The position numbers were made by a program, and so were the translations under genes. Under the pieces are notes generated by a model that saw only the letters and a program-made list of their open reading frames with translations, was not told the DNA's origin and did not search any database. Below, one piece after another: positions 26,490 to 39,456 of a DNA stretch of 64,000 bases (position 1 is the first letter of the stretch; each line of letters starts with the position of its first letter). The stretch comes from Mobula hypostoma (Eukaryota), in NCBI RefSeq assembly GCF_963921235.1, contig NC_086097.1, positions 194,062,001 through 194,126,000 on the forward strand, in the 5' to 3' direction.

Positions 26490-27600
26490 ACTAACAACTA
26501 ATGAAGTGTTTCAAGAAGCTGTTTATGGCTAAAATTAACATTTGCTTGAGTAAGGACCTGATCCTGCTGTAAATTGCCTACCACTATAACAAGACTACAA
26601 TGGATACAATCTCATCGGCTCTCCACTCTGCTATGAAGCACCTAAGACAACTACGAAACATGTGCCAGGCTGCTGTTTATTGTTTAAAGCCAGTGTTCCA
26701 ACACCATTATCTCCTCAGTAATAATCAAAGGGCTTCAAAACTTGGGCCTCTGTATGCCCCTTTGTACTGGACCCTCAACTTCCTTATGGGGAGACTGCAA
26801 GCAGGGTGGATCCATGATAATATCTCTTCCTCTCTGACAATCACTTCAAGGATATATGCTTAGGCCATTGCCCTGCTCTATCTACACTCATGACCAGGTG
26901 GCTAAGAACAGATCAAACCCCATCCATTAATTTGCTGATAACACCACTGTACTTGGTAGACTCTCACGTGGTGACAAGGAGGCTTACAGGAGTGAGGTAG
27001 ATTGGCTGGATAAGTGGCATTTCAACAACTACATCATACTCAACATCAGCAGACCAAGGAATTGATTGTGGACTTCAGGAAGGGGAAGTCCAGAGAACAC
27101 ACACCAGTCCTCATTGTGGAGTTAACAGTGGAAAAGGTAAGCAGTTTCTAGCAATCAGCATCTTGGAGCCCAGCCAACTGATGCAATCATGAAATATGTA
27201 TGCGAGTGTCTCTACTTCATTAGGAGTTCAAGGAGATTTGGTATGTCACCAAAAACTCTGACAGATTTCTATTGATACATGATGGAGAGCATTCTGACTG
27301 GATGCACCACATCCTAGTATGGAGGTTCCAACACACAGGATCGAACGATGCTGCAAAGGGTTGTGTGCTCAGCTAGCTCTGTCATGGGCACACTACTCCC
27401 CATCATCAAGGACATCTTCAAGAGGTTGTGTCTTAAGAAGGCAGATTCCTTCACTGAGTACCCTTACCATCCAGGACATGTCCTCTTCTTATTACTACCA
27501 TCAGGGACAAGGTACAGCAGCCTGTACACCCACACTCAAATGATTCAGAAGCAGCTTCTCCCCCTCCACCATCAGATTTTCAAATGTTCCAAGTTGCCAT
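26490..27600 (+). mobile_element. Rex1/Babar LINE, degenerate
   Basis: DTISSALHS, FADNTTV, ELIVDFRKGKS, YHPGHVLFLLLPSGTRYSSL. Confidence 0.85.
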
Positions 27601-28964
27601 ACTAAACCACAAAGCATGGTCTTTACTCCCCGGCACCAGCTTAACAACTGGATTTTCTGTTTCATTCCACCACGCTTTACTTTGGACCTCAAGCATGATG
27701 GAATTTTGCAACAACAGGTCCTGAAACCTGCTGCACAAATTAAAAAAACAAATGAATGATTCGCAAGATAAATGAATAATAGGTAATGTTCATGGGCTTA
27801 TGGACCATTCAAAACTCTGAAGGCGGAGGGGAAGAAGCTTTTGTTGAATTGTTGAGTGGGGATCTTCAGGCTCATGTATCTTGGCCCTGATGGTAGTAAC
27901 AAGAAGAGGGTGTGTCCAGGATGGCTCAGATCTTATTAAAAGACCAGCTGATTTTAAGCAATAGTTTCAACTGGAGACACTGAGATAATTGGGATCAAAT
28001 GATCATCAGTGGGAACTTGCGTTGAGCTGATTAAATTACTAGAACATCAGGAAAAATCAAAAGCCCTCTGTCAATATTTATGTTAAATACCCCACAAACT
28101 AGCCATAACCAGTTGAACTATGAAAGGAGCTCATATTTTTTGATAAACCTGATAGTACTTTTTTTGACATTTAACAACTTCACATTTAAATTTCTCCCTT
28201 GTCCTGTAGTGACATGGGATATGTGGTTCCTTAGAGGATCTGACTGGGACATGCTGTGTGCTTATGGTGATTGAAATAATTACACCAGTGACTCAAAGAA
28301 CACATTGTCACGTGGATTCTTACAATTCAAAGCCCAACAGGATCGTGAAAAAGATCTACTGCAATTGATTCAAGAGATAATCTTCCAGAACTTCAGACAG
28401 TGACCCGAAGACATCTGGTATAAAAGCAGTCTTTGTGTAGTCTGGTCTACAAAACGATGATGATTTATACATTCTAACACATGTTTGGATGATGTAATTA
28501 ATGAATTCCATGCACCACAATCCCATTAAAACTTTTACATCTCACCACTCCCAGGCTGATCAGATTGCCTACTTTTATGACAACACCTGCTATCAATTTG
28601 CTTCCAGATTTTTGCACTGGCAGATTGTTAGGCTTTTGGTACTTTCAGGTCATTTATGTTTTCATTTGGCTGGATTTTCAATTTAATATAAACATGATAA
28701 AAGACCAACAATGAGCCTATAAGAAAATAAGTGGACCAGAATTTGAAATGCAGTTTGAAAAGTAATTTCCAAAAGGAAATTCTTGACTTGAACAGGTTAA
28801 CAGTTATCACAAACTCAGTGGATCTTCTTTTCTGGTGCACTCTACAATGCTGCCACATTTGTACTTCAAGGGATAAGTCAGCACCAAAGAGAAATTCAAT
28901 TACAGTGAACTGCTACTTCTGTATTCAAAAGAAATACATCTTCACAAGTTATCTCAGTTCAGAG

Positions 28965-30356
28965 AGTGTCAGAATCAGGATCACTGACATATGTCATGAA
29001 ACTTGTTTTGTGGCATCAGTACAAAAATATACTATAAATTATAACAAGAAACATATATTGAAAAATACTGTAAGTTGTGCAAAAAGAGGGTAAAAATAGT
29101 ACAGTGTTTATTGCTTGTTCAGAAATCTGATGGTGCAGGGGAAGAAGCTGTTCCTAAAACATTAAGTGAGTATCTACAGGTTCCTGGACCTGCTCTGTAA
29201 TGATAGCAATGAGAAATGAGCATGTCCTGGGTGGTGGGGTCCTTAATGATAGATGCTGCCTTTTTGAAGCATCACATTTTGAAGTTGTCCTAGATGGTGG
29301 GGAGTCTAGTGCCCACGATGAAGATAAGAGTTCGCAACCCTCTGCAGCTTTTTCTGATCCTGTGCAGAAGCCCCTCCATACTAAATGGTGATGCAACCAG
29401 TTAGAATGCTCTCCATGGTACATCTGTAGTAATTTGATAGTCTTTGGTAACGTACCAAATATTTTCAAAATCCTTATGAAATAGAACCACTGGCATGCTC
29501 TCTTCAAAACTGCATCAATAAGTTGGGCCCAGGACAGATCTTCAGAGATGCTGACACCCAGGAGCTTTGAAGCTGTTTACTTCCACAGCTTCTCCCCACC
29601 CCCGATGAGGAATTTGTGTGTGTTCTCCGAACTTCTCCTTCTCGAAAGTCCACAATCAGTTCCTTGATCTTACTGACATTGAGTGGACTGTTGTAGCTAC
29701 ACCACTCAACAAGCCACTCTCACTCCTGTACGCTTCCTTGTCACCATCTGACATTCTGGCAACAACAGTTGTGTCATCAGCAAATTTATAGATGCAGTTT
29801 GTGCTGTGCCTGGCCACACAGTCATGGGTGTAGAGAGCGTAGAGAAGTGGGCTAACCACGCATCCTTGAGGTGAACCGAAGAGATGCGATTTCCAGTCTG
29901 CACTAGCTGTGGTCTCCTGATGAGGAGGTCAAAGATCCAGTTGCAAATGAAGATACAGAGGCCCAGATTATGAAGCTTATCAATGACGACTGAGGAAATA
30001 ATACTGAGCAGAAAGCAATAAACACAGCCTGATGCCCAGGTGGCCAAGGCCACCTGGAGAGCAGTGAGATTGCATCTGCTGCGGACCTACTGTACCAGGG
30101 GGCAAAATGAAGCAGGTCCAGGTCCTTGCTTAGGCAGGAGTTAATTCTAGCCACAATCAACTCTCAAAGCATTTCAATACAGTAGACATTAGTGTAACTG
30201 GGTGAGGCAGTTCACCCTGCTCTTCTTGGACACTGGTATGATTGATGCCCTTTTGGAGCAGGTGAGTACCTCCAGCTGCAGCAGTGAAGATGTCCTTGAA
30301 CACTCCAGCCAGATGGTTAGCACAGATCTTCAGTGCCCTCCCAGCTACACCATCAG
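28965..30356 (-). mobile_element. Rex1/Babar LINE, degenerate
   Basis: SPLLYALYTHDCVARHSTNCIYKFADDTTVV; 3' tail near 28965. Confidence 0.88.
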
Positions 30357-30759
30357 CCTTGAAATTAAGTCAATTGCGATGCATTGGTAACTATTTTCAA
30401 AATGATAGGTTTAATTAGAATCCTGGAGGCAACTGACAATTGTTAATACTTGAATTCACTTATAACAGTCCAGCTCAGGACTATTTTAATTACTGACTCT
30501 ATTGCCACAACTATCAAATCGTCATGTGAAATAGCTGATAACAACGTCACCCAGCGACAGAGTATAGATGTTATGTTTCAGCCCTTCTACAGACATTGAA
30601 GCATTTGAATGTAACAACCAAATTAACTTTGAAACTGATGCGAGGAACTGATGTTAAGAAAATGATGCAGTTGTATTTATATTACACATAGACAATAGTA
30701 TGTGTGTGCACACAGTCAGTAATTTTATGATGTCCTATCAATTTCAGTGATGTAATCAC

Positions 30760-31490
30760 AGAGGGTTCTGCAGAAGCTGAAAATCTTCAGCAGCACACAA
30801 AATACTGGAGGAACTCAACAGATCAGTCAGCATTTATGCAGAAGAATAAACATTTGGCATTTCAGGCCGAGACCCTTCATTAGGATTGTACAGGAAGGGG
30901 GAAGAGGCCAGAATAAGAAGATAGAGAAAGAGACAGGAGTACAAGCTGGCAGGTGATAAGTGAGGAGGAATGCAGTGGGTGGGGGAAGGGGTATGAAGTA
31001 AGAAGTTGGAGGCTGATCGGAGGAAGAGATATAGGGCTGAAGGAGGAATCTGATAGGAGAGGACAGTGAACCACTGAAGAAAGGGAAGGCACTAGAAGGG
31101 GATGTTGGGCAGAGAAGGAGAAGAGGTGAGCGTGTAAACAGGAGGAATGGAAAAAGAAAGCAGCAAGAGGAGGAATAAATTATCAGATATTAGAGAAATC
31201 AACGTTTATGCCCTCAGATTGAAGGGTACCCAACAGGATATAAGCTGTTGTTCCTTCAACCTGAGTGTGGCCTCTTCATGGCAGTAGAGAAGGCCATGGA
31301 CCAACATGTTTGAATTTTAACGAGAAGTGGAATTGAAATGGATGGCCATTGGAAAATTTCACATTTTATGGCAGATGGAGTGAGGGTGCTGGATGAAGCA
31401 GCCCTTCAATCTATATTAGGTTTCACGCGACATAGAGGAGGCTGCACCAGGAGCACCAGACTCAGACTCGCAGGTGAAGTGTCACCTCAG
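30760..31490 (-). mobile_element. Penelope-like terminal fragment, decayed hammerhead at about 30855-30888
   Basis: Homologous to the other PLE ends in the window. Confidence 0.8.
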
Positions 31491-31792
31491 TGATGTAATT
31501 TCAGTAATGTGATCTCTTCCCTATCATTGTCCCATTTTTTCTCATCCTTCTAAAAGACAAAAACAGCTTTGAATATGGTTGCCATCTTTGAGAACTAATT
31601 AATTAACAATCCTCAAGATAGTCCTCTGTGGAAGGTGCTCACGCTGGCCTCTACCTGAAAGTTGCCAAAAGTCAAACAAATATTGTTTTCAATAGGTTTC
31701 ATTGAACTGCCATCAAAAACAGGAATCCCAATTTGGATTTGCTCACTCCAAACAAATGACCCAAGTTCATTCACACCACAGATTGAGCTACA

Positions 31793-32268
31793 GACCACAA
31801 GACATTAGAGCATAATTAGGCCATTCAGCCCATCGAGTCTGCTCCGCTATTCCATCATGAATGATCCCGGATTCCACTCAATCCCACACATCTGCCTTCT
31901 TGCCATATTCTTTGATGACCTGACCAATCAGAAAGCGATCAACTTCTGCCTTAAATATACCCATGGACTTGGCCTCCACTGCAGTCTGTGGTGGAGCAGT
32001 CCACAGGTTTACTACTCTCCGGCAACAAAACTTCCTCCTTACCTCTGTTATAAAGGGTTGCTCCTCAATTTTGAGGCTGTGCCCTCTAGTTCTGAATACC
32101 CCCACCACAGGAAACATCCTCTCCACATCCACCCTATCTAGCCCTTCCAACGTTCGGTATGAGATTCCACCCCCCCCCCGCCCCACCGCAATCTTCCAAA
32201 TTCCAGTGAGTACAGGCCCAAAGCTGCCAAACTCTCCTCATATGTTAACCCCTTCATTCCTGTAATCA
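31793..32268 (-). mobile_element. CR1 3' fragment
   Basis: GLDRVDVERMFPVVGVFRTRGHSLKI..RVVNLW. Confidence 0.85.
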
Positions 32269-32717
32269 TGAAGCATATCAAAATAGATCTCAAAATCCAA
32301 CAAGGTTAACAGTGTAACTGGACAGCAAAGATTATGCTTCTTGAATACTTTTGGGTCTATCTTTTAGATTTTGGGCTGTTGATCATGTTAATCATCATGA
32401 AATTTCCCTCTCACATATCCTTTCTTTGAAATCACCTAAATTTGTTATTTCAATCTATAATTGAAGTCAATTAAAATGTTGCCCACAATGTAAGCTGAAC
32501 AGTTTCTATCTTGACCAGGCATGCCTGGGCACACATAGGCAGGGCAGATGCTGCATGGCAGGACAGGTTTTAGAAATGCTGTAAAGGCATCACACACACA
32601 CCAATCTATGTATTGCATTTACATGTATTAGTTTGTGATCATGGTGATGCGCAAGTTCTATGCACATAGCATATTGTGTGTACTCATTATAATACAGTAA
32701 CTGTATTTTCAGGAGCA

Positions 32718-33192
32718 CAAAATACTCTGCAGATGCTGGGGTCAAAGCAACACTCACAACACGCTGGAGGAACTCAGCAGGTCGGACAGCATCCGTGGAG
32801 ACGATCAGTCAACGTTTCGGGCCGGAACCCTTCGTCAGGACTGAAGAGGGAATGGGCAGAGGCCCTATAAGGAAGGTGGGGGGTAGGGTGGGAAGGAGAA
32901 GGCTGGTAGGTGCCAGGTGAAAAACCAGTAAGGGGAAAGATAAAGGGGTGGGGGAGGGGAGGCAGGGAGGTGATAGGCGGGAAAGGTGAAGAAGGAATAG
33001 GAGAAAACACAATGGGTAGTAGAAGGAGCCGGAACCATGAGGGAGGTGATAGGCAGCTGGGGGAGGGGGAAAAGTGAAATAGGGATGGGGAAGGGAGGGG
33101 TTGGGAATTACTGGAAGCTGGAGAATTCTATGTTCATACCAACGGGCTGGAGACTACCTAAACGGTATATGAGGTGTTGCTCCTCCAACCTG
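32718..33192 (-). mobile_element. Penelope-like pseudo-LTR fragment
   Basis: LEEQHLIYRLGSLQP-type end followed by a pyrimidine-rich repeat containing a hammerhead. Confidence 0.85.
32806..32843 (-). ncRNA. Minimal type I hammerhead ribozyme motif, intact core
   Basis: Minus strand: CAGUC CUGACGA A GGG-uuccgg-CCC GAAAC GUU^GACUG; stem I CAGUC/GACUG, palindromic AACGUU in place of stem III. Confidence 0.8.
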
Positions 33193-34059
33193 CTCAAAAA
33201 AGTGCAAAAATCCTCATCCTAGATATTCAAAGAAAGGACATGGGGTACTTGCCATTTCGGCACTGGAAGAGCCAGCCAAAATATATGTCAGAACTTGATA
33301 TTTACAGAACCAGAAATCTATAATAATGAAAAATATTGGCAAAAGTATCAAACACTGAAATGATACAAAGTGCCCCAAATGGCCATTAAAAATCAGTACT
33401 TTCCCTCCTCCTCCCATTCATTACTTTAATAGTTGGGTGGAATTTCAGATAAGGCTATGCTCTAATCTTTTCCTTTTGGAAGATTTAAATCTGCCTCTGA
33501 ATCCTTTACTGGTCCTGGCATAGACAATGGATTTATTTTATGAACTAAATTAGGAACTGGCTTGGATCTATTTCTTCCACTGACATTACTGCAAACATAC
33601 AGATAGTGTTCAAGTAGACCATCTATTTATAAAAGAAAACTGAATGAAAAGTAGTGTCTCAGCTGATAACTGAAATAAAATGTCAAATTTTGTTCTTGAA
33701 ACATGAAAGACATTGAGCAAAATAATCATAGATTTTCTTTAAAAGTTAGGCTATGCCTGAAGAGAATATGTTGAGTAAATTAAGAGCAGCATGATAGTTT
33801 GGCATTTATACATCTGTTATGTTGCGAACCATCATGAATTAAGCATATCATACAAGACTGAAGCATATTGCCTGAGGTTCAATGTTTCTAAAACTGTGTC
33901 AGAGGGATTGATAATATTTTACTAATTGGATACTTAGTAGATAAGCATGTCAAGACATGTAATAGAAATAAAAATATATTCTTAACCAAGAGATACAATA
34001 ATTTTGAATTTCAAGTATCGTTGCAAGAAACAAAACGTGTTAAAGTTGATGAATCCTAC

Positions 34060-35979
34060 CTGGTATAGGCTGAACTGGAAGGGCATCAACTTTGTATGCA
34101 GTTTTGGGGACCTGAGTCCGGAATCGGACACCAGCATTCTTCAATGTGACAATATCTGCAGTATGGGATTTCACAGTCTTGTTTATCTGATGGACACAGT
34201 TCCAAAGGCTACTCACGTGCTTGTTCAGTCCATCTTTAATCCGCTGTAGGCTGCCAGAAATATTATCCAGCTTACTGCAAACATTCTCAATATGTGCAAT
34301 CTTGCTATCAATATGAGAGACTTCCTTCTGAATACCCTGTGTATTATGTTTACACTTATTAATGTCTTTAGCCATCTGACCTGTTAACTGCTCCAGCTGT
34401 GCCTTCACTTCGTCTAACTGACTTTCATTCCTGTGCAGCTGCATTTCCAAGTTCCTGTCTGTTTCTTGCAGTTTGTAAATTTTATCCAGACACTCCTGCT
34501 GCTTCTTCATTAACGTGGACTCGATGGTTACGAGTGCTTCGGTACTCTTATTCAGACCTTCCCATTGTGTTTGTACAGTATTTTCAACAGTGTTTATTGC
34601 AAGTTTTAGTTTGTTAATTTCTTTGTGCACCATTTCTAAGTCTGTGTTTTCTTCCACCTTCTTAAAACCTTCATGAATTGTACCATTAAGTGATGTAACA
34701 AGAATTGAGTTTTGTTTAGTTTTTAATAATAGCTCCTTGTAATTCTCCTTGCAGGTTTCTAAATCCTTTTTGATGTTGTTCATCTCCCTTGGATCAGATA
34801 TACAACCACTCTGGCAGACACTCTCTATCTCCTGCAACCTATTCTCAATATGCTCCATCACGTTACTTGAATTCAGATCATGCTGAAGTAATGATTCCAG
34901 CTCACTGCCATATGCAGCAGTTAAAGTTGTATTGCCAAGTCCTGCCAAATCTTCATCATGTTTGTTCTGTAACACCTGGAGCTGCTTCTTTAGCAAATCT
35001 TTCACACCATCAACTTCACTTTCAATGAGTCCTCTCAGAGTATACTCAATATAAAAACAATGCTCTTCAGCGTTTCTCTCAGTTACATTCATTCTAGATT
35101 CAATTTCTTCTAGTCTCTCAGCAAAAATATTTTCCAGATTGAGGGTTGTAAAGCGCTCCAGTTCATTATCCATTCTAGCATTTAACACTATGTTTGCGTC
35201 GGTTACTCTGGAGATCTTTTTATTCATGTTATTCAATTGGCGTTTTAAAGTGCTTGTAGAAACACAGCAGTTGTACTGGCCTGGTGATTCCTGCAGAAGT
35301 TTTCTGATGCCACTCATCTCCTTTCTCAGTTCATCCTCTTTCTCATGAAGCAATTTCTCCATGTTTTCATACTGCAGCTCATTTTCTTCACATTGTTCTT
35401 TGAGAGACATTAACCTGTACTCACAGGAATTCTTCATATCTGCAAATTTCATGTCAATGCCAACCATCATCTCTTCCTTCAGCGTTTCAAATTTGCTATC
35501 AATATAAGATTGATAAAAGTCTCCATTGGAAAATGGAGAATAGGTAGCAATAGGCCCTTGAACTGCTTCCATTAGCTGCTTCAGTTGTCCGTCATGCCCA
35601 CTCACCATTCCATGTAGTTCGTCGAGCATATCACTCTTAGTCTTTAATGTTTCTTTAACCTCTGTTATTTTAGACATCATTTCACCCATTCCTGATTGAT
35701 GGAATGTATCTGCATTCTCGTGGACAGTTGAACCATGAACACTCTCAAAGCCAACAGCACTGCCAGAGAGTCTCAGGTTATTCAACAATGTGGCAAGTGT
35801 TTTGCTGGTATCTTCCTGGACACTGTTCCTCAGACTGTCACCAAGCCCCGTCATTGATGCCTGCAGTTTTTCCAGAACCTGGTTAAGGCGTTGTACTTCA
35901 TATTCCAACTGCTGGATTTTTAGGCTTTGCACGTCAGTGGATGGCTCTTTATGTCCTTGCCTCTCTGTCAGTTCAGGAG
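34060..35979 (-). CDS. emilin2: EMILIN-2 large coiled-coil exon (1920 nt, phase 1 at both ends)
   Basis: 630-aa stop-free ORF with motifs matching recalled EMILIN2: EVKETLKTKSDMLDELHG, ADMKNSCEYRL, NVTERNAEEHCFYIEYTLRG, CSKLDNISGSLQRIKDGLNKHVSSLWNCV. Acceptor tgtttattcAG before 35979; donor CCAG|GTagga after 34060. Confidence 0.92.
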
Positions 35980-36738
35980 CTGAATAAACATAGTCAGTCA
36001 GTACTATATCAACACAAAATGCACATTCATATCAAAAGAGGACATCTATTAAAAACTATAAACTTTTAAATATTTAAAACCTAATCAGAGTAACATTTAG
36101 CAGACTAATATATTTAATCTGCCTATTATTAATTAAAGAAGCCACGTTACATCCCATTGAATGAACTAGTGATCCCATAGCAGAAGGGAAGGGACTTGTA
36201 GAATATTTGACTTTTCACCTATTTCCTTTTCAAATTAAGCCAAGAATGTTTCCATTACAGGCGAGTGCAGCCCTTAATATCCACTTGGTACAGGTTCCAG
36301 AATCCTACCGAACAGCCACTGGTGAAGGTCCTTCACAAATGGACTTAATGTGGGTGAGTCATGAAAGTGACTCACCCACATTCTCCAGGGGAATTGGGGA
36401 TGGGAAGGAAATGCTGGCCTTGCAATTGGTCGAGAAACTGACAGGGAGTCAATCTCCTCAAACGTTTCAATTCTTGAGTTCAATGTACTTTCAGTGCTGC
36501 TCGCTACAGAAACCCTAACATGATGGCTAAATGGCCAAAGACTAATGGCTAGAGATTTGTAAACGCAATGTCTAATGTCACCACAGCATCTAGGAAATTT
36601 TAAATTAGTTCTGAAAATTATAACTACTAACAGTGCTAACAAAATTACTAAATACCTGTCTGTTTCAGTAATGTCCTTTGGGGAAGGTAAACTGTGGTCT
36701 TCTCCCAAGTCTGATATATAAATGACTTATGAACTACA

Positions 36739-37075
36739 GAAACAAGAGATTCTGCAGATGCTGGAAATCTTGAATAACACACACAAAATGCTGCAAGAAC
36801 TCAGTAAGTCAGACAGCATCTATAGAAGGGAATAAACAGTTGAAGTTTCCAACTGAGAACTGTCAATAGAACTGGAAAGAAAGGGGAGAGATGCCAGCAT
36901 AGGGAGATCAGGGCAGGGGGAAGAAGTATAAGCAGGCAGGCAATAAGGGAGACCTGATGAAGGGAAGGTTAGTGGGTGGATGATCAGGCAATAATGTGAG
37001 AAGCTGAGAGGTGGCAAGTTTCCTCCATAGATGCTGCCTGACTTGCTGAGTTTCTCCAGCACTTTTTGTGTGTAT
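36739..37075. mobile_element. Penelope-like terminal fragment with inverted end
   Basis: 36739-37020 in minus orientation; 37021-37075 repeats catagatgctgcctgacttgctgagt in plus orientation. Confidence 0.75.
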
Positions 37076-38787
37076 TACTTAAAAACTACAGGAATGAGGC
37101 CGAGTCTTAAATGGCCTCAACATATCCCCAGAAGTCATTCATTTGTACTTGAACCACCATCATCAATTGATGGAAATGCACAAACAGGGATATCTAAATT
37201 AAGAGTATGCAGTAGCAAATGAATTTTGGGCATAGCTGCCATGATTTGCAATTAATAGGACTGTCCTAGTTTGTGCTTGCAATATCTTTTCCTTTTAAGG
37301 GCCTAGGTTTTCTTGATCCCTCATCATCCCAAAAAGGATCAATGTGAAATCAGAGCCACTTTGGTTTGGCTCAAAGCCACACAGAAAGTGTATTTGGAGG
37401 ACAGTATATCTAGTGATGACAGATTTTTCTTCCATTCTGACTCACTCTTTGTACAGGACATAGAACTTCTGAATCACTGGACACCCAGGAAAGATACGGG
37501 AAAAAAAATCCTTAGCATTATTTACCACAAGGAATGCACAATCTCATTAAGATGTTCTTTGGGCCATTACAAATCCACCTTCCAACATGTCCATTAGAGT
37601 CACTCCTTCAGATCTGGATGATGAATCAGGTGCCAGGACCGTCCATGGAATGCGATGCTCGACTGATACAGTGACTGAACAAAGCTCAATGATTGTGATT
37701 TGAAACAATTTTCTACGGAGTCTGTGATAAATAATTATTCTCTTAAATGAAAGACCCCTGAATTTATTGGCAGATATTCAACCTGATAAAAGCACTCACA
37801 GGACTATGCCTCCACAGCTTTCAATTGCTAATTTTTTCCCCCCAAAAACTGGGGTTTTGACTTATCAATAAAACACAAGAAAACGAATGTCTATATTGCT
37901 AGACCAAAGGAAAATAAATACTATCAAAATGAACTGCACCAACCCAGTTATAGCAATGGTGAGACCCTAAAGCAATGGCATTTTGAACACAAGGCATCTT
38001 GCTCACCCAGAGTTGGGTCCAAATCAGAGCTGCTCTTTAATCCCTTTTTTTCCCCACAATTTCTCTCATTCCTTCCTGATTTTCAGCCTCGTATCTATTG
38101 CAACAATTGAGCTTCAAGCATACTTATGGAAATAATGTTATATTGTGAAAAATAACTTTTACGTTTCTGTTCAAGCTTTGTGCCTTAATTCAAGTTACAT
38201 TTTCTGTTGCTGGTACAATCAGTGTAAATAACCTCTATTTATTCTCTGAAACCAAACAGCAATGGAGATTATTTTTGCTACAAATATAAATTTGCTCTTC
38301 AATGTTCTTTATATACTATGTTGAGAGTGAGTATTTGCAACATAAATTGGCAGTCCTGGTGTGGGCTTGAGGATAAATCTTTCCAATTAGTCAGTGGGAG
38401 GCTTGAGCAGATTTGGTGAAGTGCAGAGAGAACTGAGGCTAGGTAGGTAGTTGGTATTAATCCCGAAATAAGAATTCAGTTGGATTCATCGGGAAAATTT
38501 GGATTGTTTTGATTGGAGAGGGCTCCTCATAAATCATGAAATGGGGAAGTGACCACTACACTGAGAGTATTCTGGCCATACTGGTAGCGAGGGGAAAACC
38601 ACAAGGGAAGTCCTTTAGAAGATTGCTCAAGGAAAATTGTCAGACAGGAAATTTAAATAAGTACAGAAGCCTGTAGCAGTTGGCTGTTTAATTGAAGATT
38701 GGACAGAATGTTAGCAGCAAGCTAAAGTAGATCAGGATTGGCACTAACTTATTACAACTTGCTGTACATCAGGTGAGCAGCTAAAAG

Positions 38788-39379
38788 AACAGGCTATATT
38801 TCATTAGGAGTTTCAGGAGAATTGATATGTTACCAAAGACACTCGCAAATTTCTACACATATACTGCGGAGAACATTCTAACTGTTTGCATCACTGTCTG
38901 GTATGGAGGGGCTATTGCACAGGATCAGAAAAGAGCTGCAGAAAGTTGGAAACTCAGCGGCCTCCATCAAGGGCAATAGCCTCCACAACATCCATAACAC
39001 CTTAAAAGGCAATGCTGCAAAAAGGCAGCATCCATCATGAAGAAACCCCCATCATACAGGACATGCCCTCTTCTCATTGCTACCATCAAGGAGGTGTTAC
39101 AGGAGCCTGAAGACACACACTCAACGTTTCAGGAGCAGCTTCATCCCGTCTGCCATCAGATTTCTGAACGGACAATAAACCTATGAACACTTCAACAGTA
39201 TTTTTATTTACTCTTTTCACTACTTATTTAATTTACTTATAACTACTTACATATTATATATACACACGTACCCACTTATTGTAATTTATAGCTTTTATTA
39301 TGTATTGCTAAGTACTGCTGCTGCTAAACAACAAATTTCACAGCATCTGCCAGTGATATTAAACCTGATTCTAATTCTG
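38788..39379 (+). mobile_element. Rex1/Babar LINE 3' fragment
   Basis: RLYFIRSFRR, HTGHALFSLLPSRRCYRSL, tail attaaacctgattctaattctg. Confidence 0.85.
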
Positions 39380-39420
39380 GTGAATGCAGCAGGCCAGGCA
39401 GCATCTCTAGGAAGAGGTAC

Positions 39421-39456
39421 AGTCAACGTTTCAGGCCGAGACCCTTCATCAGGACT
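39421..39456 (-). ncRNA. Minimal hammerhead ribozyme motif, intact core
   Basis: Minus strand: AGUC CUGAUGA AGG-gucucgg-CCU GAAAC GUU^GACU. Confidence 0.75.

Noticed and set aside
34040..34059. ORF end GRIHQL* as the true C-terminus
   Set aside because: Read-through past a good phase-1 donor; a compatible downstream exon exists at 8113-7895.
34399..35987. Plus-strand ORFs overlapping the large exon
   Set aside because: Short antisense frames with no recognisable motifs.
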